Positions 28,586-38,473 of a stretch of DNA of 64,000 bases are shown one piece after another. The notes under the pieces were generated by a model, which saw only the letters and a program-made list of their open reading frames with translations, was not told where the DNA came from and searched no databases. Where the stretch lies: NCBI GenBank assembly GCA_037443285.1, contig JBBIOQ010000004.1:23681-87680 (forward strand), given 5' to 3'. How positions within the stretch are numbered: the first letter of the stretch is position 1; every line of letters begins with the position of its first letter. Position numbers and translations under genes: made by a program. The DNA is from Sphingobacteriales bacterium (lineage in GTDB: Bacteria > Bacteroidota > Bacteroidia > Chitinophagales > Chitinophagaceae).

Positions 28586-29164
28586 ATGAAAGGAAATATC
28601 ACACGGTCTATTGCGCTGGTGGTTCTGCTCATACCGGGTTTTGTTTCAGCACAGGTAAATTATCGTTCTGTATCCTGCAATTTAAAAGTGCAAGGCACAT
28701 CCAATACAAAGGATTGGGAGATGACCAGCACAGGAGGCATAACGACAATAGCCGTAACGCTTGATGCAGGCGGTAAGCCTTCGGCAGTGACTGGCATGAA
28801 TTTTACTATGGGTCCTACCTCGTTAAAGAGTGGAAAGGAATCTATGGAAAACACGGCCTACAAAGCAATGAAGACAGCCGACTATGCAGTGATAAAGTTT
28901 GAAGCAACGTTTGGTACAGTTACGCCTGCAGGAGGCTCCAACTATACCATTACCTGCCCCGGAGTGCTAACCATAGCAGGAAAGGCAGTAAGCACCGACC
29001 TCACTGCCAACTGCACACTTGGTGCCGATGGATCGCTGACCTGCACCGGTGTAAAATCGGTTTTGATGACAGATTTCGGTATTACGCCACCCAGTTTTAT
29101 GATGGGTTCCATTAGTACCGGCAATGAAGTCAAAATCAATTTCAACACACTGCTGAAAAAATAA
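28586..29164 (+). CDS. Secreted YceI-like (lipid/polyisoprenoid-binding-like) protein
   Basis: 192 aa with a signal peptide and an all-beta-looking sequence. The segment LKSGKESMENTAYKAMKTADYAVIKFEA aligns by eye to the YceI core motif. The assignment is tentative. Confidence 0.6.
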   Translation: MKGNITRSIALVVLLIPGFVSAQVNYRSVSCNLKVQGTSNTKDWEMTSTGGITTIAVTLDAGGKPSAVTGMNFTMGPTSLKSGKESMENTAYKAMKTADYAVIKFEATFGTVTPAGGSNYTITCPGVLTIAGKAVSTDLTANCTLGADGSLTCTGVKSVLMTDFGITPPSFMMGSISTGNEVKINFNTLLKK

Positions 29165-29343
29165 GAGTGCTGAAGCAAAAGTGAAACAAAAGGTGATGAT
29201 AACTGACAGGAATGAGTGCTGACTTAATGGCTGATAAATATTAATCTGACCTCAACGATAATTTCATCATTTTGAACAAAAGGATTGTCAATGTGAAAAA
29301 AGGGGTAACACCCAGCTAAAAAAGAATAAGGCAACAAGTAAGC

Positions 29344-30270
29344 GTGTGTGCTTACAGCCAAAACGTATTGTGGGCTTCTGATGGATTGATTCCGTTTCCG
29401 GGCCGGCTTTTAAGCTGGCCCTCTTCTTTTGACCATTTGCCAAAGCGTTCTTCTTTAACTCATCAGTGCATACACATTGCCACTAATTTTGAATTCGTGC
29501 ATCCACCAGGCAAGCTCAAAGATTTTCTTGATGAAAAAGTGCGGCAATACAACCGGCCCGCCTTTATTAAGGATGATCCCATCCAAATACCACACCTGTT
29601 TTCTAAAAAGCAGGATATTGAAATTGCAGGATTCTTCGCTTCCATTTTTGCCTGGGGCAATCGTACTACCATCATTGGTAAAAGCCTGGAGTTGATGCGG
29701 CACATGGATATGGCGCCACATGATTTTGTGCTGCACCATACACCGGCCGATTTGAAGCGGCTCGAAGCCTTCAGGCATCGTACGTTTAAAGCTGATGACC
29801 TGTTCTACTTCATTCATTTTTTCCGGACTCATTATTCAAGACACAGCAGCCTTGAAACAGCATTTTCGCGATGGATGAATGCCGGAGATGAAACTGTTGA
29901 AAATGCACTCAATGGCTTCAGGCAATATTTTTTTGCGGAAGAGCATTTGAAAAGAACAGAAAAACACATCAGTGCGCCGCAGCAAAAAGGCAGTTGTAAG
30001 CGTCTGAATATGTACCTGCGTTGGATGATTCGAAAGGACAGGAAAGGAGTAGACTTTGGCATCTGGAAAAATATCAAACCATCGCAACTGGTTTGCCCGC
30101 TGGATGTGCATGTGGCACGTGTGGCAAAGCGTTTCAACCTGCTGCAGCGGAAACAAACCGACTGGCAGGCTGCATTGGAACTCACCGGTTACCTTCGTGC
30201 CATGGATCCGGCTGACCCCGTGAAATACGATTTCGCATTATTCGCACTGGGGGTGGTTGAAAAATTCTGA
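29344..30270 (+). CDS. TIGR02757 (DUF2400) family protein; 5' end uncertain
   Basis: Blocks LKDFLDEKVRQYN, FFASIFAWGNRTTII and CPLDVHVARVAKRF. The family is usually about 250-260 aa, so an in-frame GTG at 29497 is a plausible start. Confidence 0.72.
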   Translation: MCAYSQNVLWASDGLIPFPGRLLSWPSSFDHLPKRSSLTHQCIHIATNFEFVHPPGKLKDFLDEKVRQYNRPAFIKDDPIQIPHLFSKKQDIEIAGFFASIFAWGNRTTIIGKSLELMRHMDMAPHDFVLHHTPADLKRLEAFRHRTFKADDLFYFIHFFRTHYSRHSSLETAFSRWMNAGDETVENALNGFRQYFFAEEHLKRTEKHISAPQQKGSCKRLNMYLRWMIRKDRKGVDFGIWKNIKPSQLVCPLDVHVARVAKRFNLLQRKQTDWQAALELTGYLRAMDPADPVKYDFALFALGVVEKF

Positions 30271-30282
30271 CAGCTAATAATT

Positions 30283-30588
30283 ATGAAGGATATCACCGAA
30301 CTGATGAGTGAGGCCAATGAATTGGTCGTTCGTTCGCCCGAATGGTACAACCGGTTAAAGGAAGACGTGGAACACCTGATCAACTTTGAATTCGACAGGC
30401 TGCTGCAGCTGTTGTACCGGGTAGATGTTTCCGAGTCGAAACTGCGCACTATGCTTGCCGAAATGCCTGCTACGGATGCTTCAGTCATTATTACCAACCT
30501 GTTGCTGGAGCGTCAACTGGAAAAAATAAAATCAAGGAAAAATTTTTCATCGGCTACCAAACCACCCAATGAGGAAGAAGCCTGGTGA
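30283..30588 (+). CDS. Hypothetical small protein
   Basis: 101-aa helical-looking ORF, 13 nt after the previous gene. No motif recognised. Confidence 0.5.
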   Translation: MKDITELMSEANELVVRSPEWYNRLKEDVEHLINFEFDRLLQLLYRVDVSESKLRTMLAEMPATDASVIITNLLLERQLEKIKSRKNFSSATKPPNEEEAW

Positions 30589-30631
30589 AAGCTGAGCCAT
30601 TTATACAATTGTCCGCCTTCAAATGTAGGCC

Positions 30632-32830
30632 ATGTTTAACTTACTCGTTTCTATGAATATGATTTCACGAACTTTTTTCTTGTCCCTCATTGCATTTGTT
30701 TTTTGTTTGACAACTTTTGCCCAGCAAGTGTCGGTCCGCATTGCGGTGCACGATGCCGGCACAAAGCAACCATTGCAGGGGGCTACGGTAACTGCTGCCA
30801 AAAAAGCCGTGGCAATTACCGATTCGCTAGGAAAGGCAAAGTTTGTTGTGCCGCCTGGTGCATTGCAGTTTACGGTTACATTGGTGGGATATAACGAGCA
30901 AATTGTGTCAGTAGGTGCTGCAGATACTGCTGAGAAAATAATTATGATGACCGTTTCCGCCAAAGCATTGGATGATGTGGTAGTAGTGGCAAGTACAAGA
31001 AACAACGCATCTATAGAAAACAGTCCGCTGAAAGTGGAGGTGTTAGGGCAGGCAGATATGAAGGAAGAAGCTTCGCTGAAGCCGGGAAATATCGCCAGCA
31101 TCCTGGGAGATTACAGCGGTATTCAAATTCAACAGTCATCAGCCGTTTCGGGCAATTCCAATGTTCGCATACAAGGACTTGATGGCCGCTACACACAAAT
31201 ACTCCGCGATGGTATGCCTTTATACGAAGGATTTTCCGGGGGCTTTGGTATCCTCACCGTTCCCCCGCTTGATCTGCGCCAGATTGAACTTATCAAAGGT
31301 TCTGCTTCAACGCTGTATGGTGGTGGTGCTATTGGCGGGTTGGTCAATATTATTTCGCGTCATCCCATTAAGCAGCAGGAAGCAGACGTGGTGCTGAACT
31401 ATACCACACTTGCTGAAGCCAACGTGAATGCTTATGCTGCCAATCGAAATGATAAGTTTGGCTACAGTGTTTTTGGTGGGGTAAACGTGCAGGAGTCGCA
31501 GGATGTGAACAAGGATGGCCTGAGTGATGTGCCCAAAATAAGCAGCCAGATCATTCATCCGCGGTTGTTCTTTTATCCATCTCCCGGCTCTGAAGTAATT
31601 GTTGGCTACAGCGGCACATTTGACCACCGCACAGGTGGCGATATGGAAGTGATTGACAACAAGGTGGGCCCCAATCACCAGTATTTCCAGGAAGATAATT
31701 CTACACGTCACACCGGTGAACTGATTTGGAATCAGCGCCTGAAGGGACAGGGCAAACTCACTGTTAAAGGAAGCTACAGTAGTTTTAACCTGAACACCAC
31801 TACAAATACTTACCAGACAAAGGGAAGACAGCAAAACTACTATTCGGAAATCTCGGTGTTCAAACCATTTGGCAACAGCAGTTTGGTGGCTGGCATCAAT
31901 GCAAACGGTGATATGTTCAACACGCTTGCTCCGGACACAGCTGCCTTGCAGCAATTGAACAATCAATACCTCGGAGCATTTGCGCAGTACAGCTGGCACA
32001 TTGGTGAAAATACCATTCTCGAAGGTGGTCTGCGCACCGATCATCACCAGGAGTACGGAGGGTTTACCTTACCACGCATCGCTATCTTCCATCGGTTGAA
32101 TGAGCATTGGGCAACCCGGGGTGGCTTTGGCATGGGTTACAAAACGCCCAATCCGTTGTCCAAAACGATTGTTGATTTTTCGTTGCTGCAATTGCAGCCT
32201 GTACCCGCAGGGGTGAAACCCGAAAAATCGTATGGCTTCAATGCAGAGGTGAATTACAAAAAGGAGTGGGGCGAAGAAAACACTTTGTTCATCAACCAGG
32301 CATTCTTCCTGACGCAGATTTCCAACCCGGTTTTGTTTAATGAACAACCTGATAATACTGTCACGCTGAAGAATGCTGACAAACCCGTTGTTACATCTGG
32401 AAGCGACACTTACATTCAAATGGAAGTAGAAGGATGGGAACTATATCTTGGGTACACCTACACCAGTGCCTTGCGTAAATACCTTCCCAACAACCAGTTT
32501 GTGCCATTAACACCAAAGCATCGCTTGGCTACTGTTATAGCAAAAGATTTAGGCAAGCATTGGTTTGGTGGAATTGAAGCCAGCTACAACGGGGAACAAA
32601 AACGATTGGACTATAGCAATACACCGGGCTATTTGTTTGCAGCTGCCATGTTGCGTTACACTGTGAACAAGCATGTGAGTGTTGTTCTCAATTGCGAAAA
32701 CCTGTTCGACTTCAGGCAAAGCAAAAAAGAACCGCTGTTCACCGGTAGTATTCTCAATCCTGAGTTTGTACCGCTTTGGGCGCCCATTGATGGGAGGGTG
32801 GCTAATATTTCTGTGGGGTGGAAACTGTAG
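30632..32830 (+). CDS. TonB-dependent receptor with N-terminal carboxypeptidase-regulatory-like domain
   Basis: 732 aa. Signal peptide, CarbopepD_reg-like segment (VSVRIAVHDAGTKQPLQGATVT), plug region (LDDVVVVAS...IELIKGSASTLYGGGAIGG) and a beta-barrel. Confidence 0.9.
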   Translation: MFNLLVSMNMISRTFFLSLIAFVFCLTTFAQQVSVRIAVHDAGTKQPLQGATVTAAKKAVAITDSLGKAKFVVPPGALQFTVTLVGYNEQIVSVGAADTAEKIIMMTVSAKALDDVVVVASTRNNASIENSPLKVEVLGQADMKEEASLKPGNIASILGDYSGIQIQQSSAVSGNSNVRIQGLDGRYTQILRDGMPLYEGFSGGFGILTVPPLDLRQIELIKGSASTLYGGGAIGGLVNIISRHPIKQQEADVVLNYTTLAEANVNAYAANRNDKFGYSVFGGVNVQESQDVNKDGLSDVPKISSQIIHPRLFFYPSPGSEVIVGYSGTFDHRTGGDMEVIDNKVGPNHQYFQEDNSTRHTGELIWNQRLKGQGKLTVKGSYSSFNLNTTTNTYQTKGRQQNYYSEISVFKPFGNSSLVAGINANGDMFNTLAPDTAALQQLNNQYLGAFAQYSWHIGENTILEGGLRTDHHQEYGGFTLPRIAIFHRLNEHWATRGGFGMGYKTPNPLSKTIVDFSLLQLQPVPAGVKPEKSYGFNAEVNYKKEWGEENTLFINQAFFLTQISNPVLFNEQPDNTVTLKNADKPVVTSGSDTYIQMEVEGWELYLGYTYTSALRKYLPNNQFVPLTPKHRLATVIAKDLGKHWFGGIEASYNGEQKRLDYSNTPGYLFAAAMLRYTVNKHVSVVLNCENLFDFRQSKKEPLFTGSILNPEFVPLWAPIDGRVANISVGWKL

Positions 32831-32833
32831 CGT

Positions 32834-33502
32834 TTAATTCTGCTTCTCAAACATCAGTTCCTGTACTTTTTCCTTGTCCTCTTTTTCTTTTTTCAAATCG
32901 AACATGGTGCCGAAGATATGGTCCCACAAAGTGCTGCTTACGCCAAAGCCCATGTGTTCATCTTTGTAATGGTGCAAATGGTGATTGCGCCACAAAGGCT
33001 TCATCCATTTGAATGGAGGATTAAATGCATGAATGGCATAGTGCATGGTACCATACATGAGGTAGCCCAGCAGGAAGCCAGGGAAAAACATGAATGCAAT
33101 ATTTCCCATGAGGAGATACATAACGCCAAAGATGGAGGACGACAGGATAATGCTTGGAACAGGAGGCATAAAAAGGCGCTGCCTGTCGCGGGGGTAATGA
33201 TGGTGGTTGCCGTGCAGGATATAGGCTAATTTCTGTCCTGCTGCACTTTTCGGCGTCATATGAAACAGGAAGCGATGTGCAATATATTCAAACAGCGACC
33301 AGCTGAAAATACCAATAGCCCATGTACCCCACACCTTGGCTGGTGTGAAGTTAAACGAGGTGGAAGCATGGTAGAGCAGCCATGCCATAATGGGAATATA
33401 CATGCCCCAAATCACGAAAGGATTTGCCTTGGTGAGTGCTTCCAGTGCCGGACTTTTAAATAAGCGGGCCTGCCCCTTGTTGTGTATTTTGTCGAATTGC
33501 AT
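32834..33502 (-). CDS. Fatty acid 2-hydroxylase (FA2H/Scs7)-like membrane hydroxylase, no cytochrome b5 domain
   Basis: 222 aa. EYIAHRFLFHMTPKS...LHGNHHHYPRDRQRLFMPPVPS...HYAIHAF...HHLHHYKD matches the His-box pattern of FA2H (HRFLFH / HGxHHxxPxD / HxxHH). Confidence 0.82.
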   Translation of the reverse strand: MQFDKIHNKGQARLFKSPALEALTKANPFVIWGMYIPIMAWLLYHASTSFNFTPAKVWGTWAIGIFSWSLFEYIAHRFLFHMTPKSAAGQKLAYILHGNHHHYPRDRQRLFMPPVPSIILSSSIFGVMYLLMGNIAFMFFPGFLLGYLMYGTMHYAIHAFNPPFKWMKPLWRNHHLHHYKDEHMGFGVSSTLWDHIFGTMFDLKKEKEDKEKVQELMFEKQN

Positions 33503-33538
33503 GCCGCAAATTTACAGCAACAAGGCTTTACTGAAACA

Positions 33539-34630
33539 TTACATTGTTTCCTCAAAAATATTCTCAACAGTTCCGTTGCGCTTGAGCAGCAGGTAATGGT
33601 TTTTCAGCGTGAGCCATAGCGGGAAGGAACGATAGGGCAGGTGGTATTCCGCGGCGAGCCGTCTCAATTCAGCGGTTACTTTAGGATAATGAACATGGTT
33701 CAGGGTAGGAAACAGGTGATGAATGACGTGATAATTGAAGCTGCCCATGAAATACCGGATAAACCAATTGTCGTGCGATACATCGTTGGTGCACATCAGC
33801 TGGTGCATGAAATAGGTGTGGCCAATCTGGTTGTTTTCATCGGGCAGTGGAAATGCTGATTCCACATTGGCATGGGGACTGAGCAAAATCATCAGCGAAA
33901 AAACACTTGCCGTGAGCAATAACAGCACAAAGGCAGTGATGATGGCAAACCATGAAATGCCCAGCACCAATTTGGGAAGCACCAGCATGTTGAAGAAATA
34001 CAACGCCTTGAAGAAGAACAGTTTGTAGAATTCTACGCGAGGAATGTCGGCAACTTTCCAAACAGGTTTTTGCTTGTTAAAATAATCTTTGAAATCGCGG
34101 ATGACCAACCAGTTGAACAAGTACAGTGGATACAAAAACGGCAGGTAAAGATGCTGGTTCTTGTGCGCTTTTGAGAACTCACCATGTGGAAAAACCCGTG
34201 CAATTGCGCTTTGTTCAATATCACTGTCCCAGCCCATGATGTTGGGATAATTATGGTGAAGGCGTTTGTGCCTTACAGCAAATACAAAACTATTGGCGCC
34301 CATCAGGTCGAAGAAGTACACGTACATGCGGTTTGCCCATTTAGCCCTGAAAATGGTTTGATGTACTGCATCGTGAATGAGGCTGAGAAAAATGAAAACA
34401 AGCAACAAACCCATAAACATGTAGCATCCGTTCAGCACCCATGGGTTTTTTCCCCATACTAAAGCACATACATAGCTTCCTATGTACATCAATGGTAGGA
34501 GAATGGCTTTTGACAGCATGATTCTTTCGGCCTTGAGGCCTTCCAATTGTTCCTGGCGGTTCGCGAATTTCTTGAGCAGGATGTAAGCTTCATCGCGACC
34601 TTTTAAAAAAGAAGGTAACGTTCGGCTCAT
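33539..34630 (-). CDS. Membrane fatty acid desaturase (front-end/sphingolipid-type His boxes), no cytochrome b5 domain
   Basis: 363 aa. His boxes HDAVHQ, HKRLHHNYPN and HVIHHLFP, with four or more TM helices. Confidence 0.88.
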   Translation of the reverse strand: MSRTLPSFLKGRDEAYILLKKFANRQEQLEGLKAERIMLSKAILLPLMYIGSYVCALVWGKNPWVLNGCYMFMGLLLVFIFLSLIHDAVHQTIFRAKWANRMYVYFFDLMGANSFVFAVRHKRLHHNYPNIMGWDSDIEQSAIARVFPHGEFSKAHKNQHLYLPFLYPLYLFNWLVIRDFKDYFNKQKPVWKVADIPRVEFYKLFFFKALYFFNMLVLPKLVLGISWFAIITAFVLLLLTASVFSLMILLSPHANVESAFPLPDENNQIGHTYFMHQLMCTNDVSHDNWFIRYFMGSFNYHVIHHLFPTLNHVHYPKVTAELRRLAAEYHLPYRSFPLWLTLKNHYLLLKRNGTVENIFEETM

Positions 34631-34790
34631 AAGCTTTTCAGGTTTTTGTTAGGATAAGGTTTGGTTTGGTGGCAAGGGGATGCCTCCTTAAAATTAAAAA
34701 TCAATCTCATATTTTCAAACGCCCTACCAATGCAACTGTTAAATGCATCCATCCAAATACCTGAAATGTTGAAACGCAGTTTTCTGCTGA

Positions 34791-37361
34791 CTACTTCAAT
34801 AGTTCAGTAATCCCAACCGCTTTGTAGCCTTCATGCTTCAGTGCTTGAAGTATTGAAGGCAACTGCATAAAGAATTTTTCTTTTCGCCTGTCACCGGCGC
34901 CAACATGCATGAGCAGCAAATAACCATTAAGTCCGCCAGGTTGTTTTGCTTTTTGAATAATGGATTGTTCAATGGTTTGGTTGCTGCGGTAGTTGGCATC
35001 ATCAGGAGTTGTATAATCAGCAGCACTTAATGTGCCGGTAGTGTTGTTGATGAGTGTAATGCCCATTTCATTTGCCCATGCTGCAATAGCTGCATTATAC
35101 CATTCGTATGCTGGAAGAAAAAATGGTGCGTTGGAGGGTGTTATTCCAAATTGTTTCAATGCCTTGAAATTGTCGAGTAAGTCTTTTTGAAATACCTCTT
35201 TGGTTACCAGCAGGCTGTCACGATTTGTCCAGTCGCAACAAAGCAAATGCTTGTTGCTGTGCGGTCCCACATAATGCCCATCGGCAACTACCTGTTTCAT
35301 TAATTCAGGATATTTTCTTACAAAATCACCGGTAAGAAAAAAAGCTGCCTTTATTTTTTCCTGCTTCAATGTTTTCAATATGAAATCACCTCCTTCTGAA
35401 AATTCATGGCCTGTAAAAACAAGCGTGAATTGTTTTTTTGTACTGTCGCCCCGAACAATGGCGCCATGTGCAAGTGTTGCAGAAGCATTCGGTTCAGCAA
35501 CAGGGTCATAAGCCGTTCTATTTTTGCAGGTTGAATTAGGCTGCTGCGCCGCCAGCAAATAAATGAGCGAAGCAGTTCCGTCCATGGTAGGCTCGTTGGT
35601 GCTGTAATCACCATAGTCATCGTGATACACAGCAAGGTCACTTTGCCATTCGGCATATTCATCCGGTTGGAAAAGTGTAAGGCCGATAAGATTCTTGAAA
35701 ATGGAAGTGTAAACAGGGCCATCCACCAGGCCACCATCAATTGGATAATTTTTCAGGTGGGTAAATGCTGAATGAGGATCGGTTGGTGTATCGCCCCATG
35801 CAGGCAAACCATATACCATGCTGGTGCCCCATGGGTTGGTGCCAAACAACCAATTAATATTGGCTTGCTCCAATTCGCGGAACTGCGCATCGCCGCTGAG
35901 ATGCCTGTACCACATACATTGCATGGCAAATGAAACCGTAAGATTATTGCTGCACCAAATGAAAGGCACACTGCGGTAGAAAGCATTTTGCTTTGCTTTT
36001 GTCCATACGTTTTCAATGCCTTGCTTGTAGAAAAGGATGAGTGAATCCCTGTAATCTTTTTGAAGACCGATGTTTGCCAACTCCCTATGACCAATGTTGA
36101 TGAATGGATACCATTGATAGTGCATGGCTGTATCGGCGCCAAGCCATGGTGTGTGTCTTTCTTGTTGAGCCCTTTCAAAAGCTGTATCCAGCATTGAACT
36201 GAATTTGGCAGCGAAAAAATGGCCAGGCAATTTGTTTGTACTTTTTGCATTTTGCTTTTGCAATGCCTGGTAAAGGGAAGCATATGCAAGTTCATCATCA
36301 TCATACCAATTTTGTTCTGCATAATAATATGGGGCTCTGTTAGGTGCAGTATTGGTGAATCCCATTTTTTTGTGCGCATAATCAAACGCAGTCCACGATT
36401 TTCCTAAAAGCACTTTAGCGTAATTGCTGTCAATGGATTGCCATTGCTGAGCACCCAAGGCAAAAGCACTGCAGAACTTAGCCGCAACAGAAGTGGTTCC
36501 TTCCGTTTTGTTTTTGTATTTGCCCAATCCCTGCGGCTCACCTGTGAGGAAATACACGGGTCTTTCGAAGCCTTTGCCATATTGCGAATCGAGTTTGGGA
36601 ATACGCATGCTGATGTGGTCGCGGTCATCGCCCAATTGAGCAAACATCCACTCCGGTTTGGGATGCATTTTCAATAGCCAGTCCAGACCCCATTTAGCTT
36701 CATCCAGCACATCGGGCAATCCATTTTTCCCATCAAGACCATTGGCGCGTTTATGGTCGGTGAATGCATTTGGATAATCACGATAGGCCATCAGCAAATG
36801 ATAGGCTGCATTGGCACTTGTGGTAGTGTATTGCAGGTAATCGCTGGCATCGTGCCAGCCACCGCTTACGTCAACATGGGTGCCGTCAGGTATGCCTGCT
36901 GCTTCACCATAGATGCTGTAGCCATCATACATGTGGCAACTGTCTTTCAAAAAAGGGTTGAAGCCGCTGCGTTGCTGGCGCATGTACCGCAGGCAGAAAT
37001 CGGCTGTGCCATTGTATACGTTATCGCCAATGCGGATGATGCCGCTGCGAATAGTGTCGTTTGCCACCAAACGGTAAAAGCCTGGTTGTTTTATCGAAGA
37101 AATGTTGATGCGGTAGCTGTGCAGGAATGGACCATAAGCGCCGTAATCTTTTTCACTTGAAGTTTTTTGATGAACAATTTTTCCTGTGATGACATTCAGC
37201 AATGCATAGTGTTTCAATTTAAATGATGCGGTCTTGCTTGCCAGCACCAACACCTTAGGGCTTTGTGTGGTGTAGCCAAGTTGATTGTAGCGAATGACAG
37301 TTTGAGAAAGGCACATGGTACATGCCGCTAAAAATGCGAGAATCAGGTTGCAAATCTTCAT
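34791..37361 (-). CDS. Secreted GH9 glycoside hydrolase fused to a C-terminal polysaccharide-deacetylase-like domain
   Basis: 856 aa. Signal peptide, Ig-like N-domain, GH9 blocks GGWHDASDYLQY (DAGD-type) and YSTNEPTMDG. The C-terminal ~230 aa (FTGHEFSEGG...GPHSNKH) resembles deacetylase family proteins. Confidence 0.82.
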   Translation of the reverse strand: MKICNLILAFLAACTMCLSQTVIRYNQLGYTTQSPKVLVLASKTASFKLKHYALLNVITGKIVHQKTSSEKDYGAYGPFLHSYRINISSIKQPGFYRLVANDTIRSGIIRIGDNVYNGTADFCLRYMRQQRSGFNPFLKDSCHMYDGYSIYGEAAGIPDGTHVDVSGGWHDASDYLQYTTTSANAAYHLLMAYRDYPNAFTDHKRANGLDGKNGLPDVLDEAKWGLDWLLKMHPKPEWMFAQLGDDRDHISMRIPKLDSQYGKGFERPVYFLTGEPQGLGKYKNKTEGTTSVAAKFCSAFALGAQQWQSIDSNYAKVLLGKSWTAFDYAHKKMGFTNTAPNRAPYYYAEQNWYDDDELAYASLYQALQKQNAKSTNKLPGHFFAAKFSSMLDTAFERAQQERHTPWLGADTAMHYQWYPFINIGHRELANIGLQKDYRDSLILFYKQGIENVWTKAKQNAFYRSVPFIWCSNNLTVSFAMQCMWYRHLSGDAQFRELEQANINWLFGTNPWGTSMVYGLPAWGDTPTDPHSAFTHLKNYPIDGGLVDGPVYTSIFKNLIGLTLFQPDEYAEWQSDLAVYHDDYGDYSTNEPTMDGTASLIYLLAAQQPNSTCKNRTAYDPVAEPNASATLAHGAIVRGDSTKKQFTLVFTGHEFSEGGDFILKTLKQEKIKAAFFLTGDFVRKYPELMKQVVADGHYVGPHSNKHLLCCDWTNRDSLLVTKEVFQKDLLDNFKALKQFGITPSNAPFFLPAYEWYNAAIAAWANEMGITLINNTTGTLSAADYTTPDDANYRSNQTIEQSIIQKAKQPGGLNGYLLLMHVGAGDRRKEKFFMQLPSILQALKHEGYKAVGITELLK

Positions 37362-37454
37362 ACAACCAAGGTACAGATTGCAATCATTTAGCGGCTACAT
37401 TTGCCCGGCCGCTCAGTGCGGGCATTTCTTCCAAACGATACAATTGCATTCACC

Positions 37455-38468
37455 ATGAAAGTGGTTACTTACCTCTATAACGAACATGAACAATTGGCTT
37501 TCTACCACGACGGCCGGTTGTTCAATATGGATAAAATTCACCCGGAACTACCGAATACCATGACTATGTTTCTGAACTATTGGGACGATGTGATTGATAT
37601 AGCCCATCGAGGAAACCAGGCCATCGTGGAGGGAGCCATTGCTGCCGCAAAAGGCATTCCGTTGGATGATATTCAACTGCTGGCGCCGGTTCCATTTCCC
37701 ACCAGTTGCCGCGATGGCTATGCCTTCAGGCAACATGTGGCTGCGGCAAGGCGCAACCGTGGTGTGGATATGATTCCTGAGTTTGATGAATACCCGATTT
37801 TCTATTTCACCAATCACAACAGTATACAAGGCGAGGGCAATATTTACTGTATGCCCGACCATTTCAAACAATTGGATTTTGAACTGGAAGTGGCGGTGGT
37901 CATTAACAGGCCGGTGCGCAACATTGCTGCCGAGCAGGCCGATGCGTACATTGGCGGACTGATGATTATGAACGACATGAGTGCCCGCCAACTGCAGATG
38001 GAAGAAATGAAACTGAACCTTGGTCCCGCAAAAGGGAAGGATTTCTGCACAGTGATTGGCCCATGGCTGGTGACGCTAGATGAACTGGAACAATATGAAA
38101 TTCCTGCCAAATCAGGCCATGTGGGTAAAAGCTGGAACCTAGGCATGCGCTGCTGGGTGAATGGCAATCAAGTGAGTGAAGGCAACGTGGGCGATATGGA
38201 CTGGACTTTTGCAGAAATTATTGAACGCTGCGCATACGGTGCCACACTGCATGCGGGTGATGTAATTGGCAGCGGCACTGTTGGCAGCGGCTGTTTGCTG
38301 GAACTGAACGGCACCGGAAAACTGAATGATCCCAACTATGAACCGCAATGGCTTCAACCTGGTGATGTGGTTGAAATGGAGGTGGATGGATTGGGCAAGC
38401 TGAGCAACACCATTGTGGAGGAGGACCAAGGGTGGAGCATACTGGAAAAAAAGAAAAAAGCGGAGTAG
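37455..38468 (+). CDS. Fumarylacetoacetate hydrolase (FAH) family protein
   Basis: Start MKVVTYLY. FAH-family blocks (FELEVAVVI, MNDMSARQLQ, GDVIGSGTVGSG). The ATG at 37455 is preferred. Confidence 0.86.
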   Translation: MKVVTYLYNEHEQLAFYHDGRLFNMDKIHPELPNTMTMFLNYWDDVIDIAHRGNQAIVEGAIAAAKGIPLDDIQLLAPVPFPTSCRDGYAFRQHVAAARRNRGVDMIPEFDEYPIFYFTNHNSIQGEGNIYCMPDHFKQLDFELEVAVVINRPVRNIAAEQADAYIGGLMIMNDMSARQLQMEEMKLNLGPAKGKDFCTVIGPWLVTLDELEQYEIPAKSGHVGKSWNLGMRCWVNGNQVSEGNVGDMDWTFAEIIERCAYGATLHAGDVIGSGTVGSGCLLELNGTGKLNDPNYEPQWLQPGDVVEMEVDGLGKLSNTIVEEDQGWSILEKKKKAE

Positions 38469-38473
38469 AAAGG

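Noticed and set aside
34791-37361. The GH9-deacetylase gene as the missing enzyme of the SusC/SusD loci.
   Set aside because: It lies about 4.6 kb upstream of the first SusC and on the opposite strand. It is separated from it by the FAH, recO and MMPL genes, so nothing supports co-regulation.
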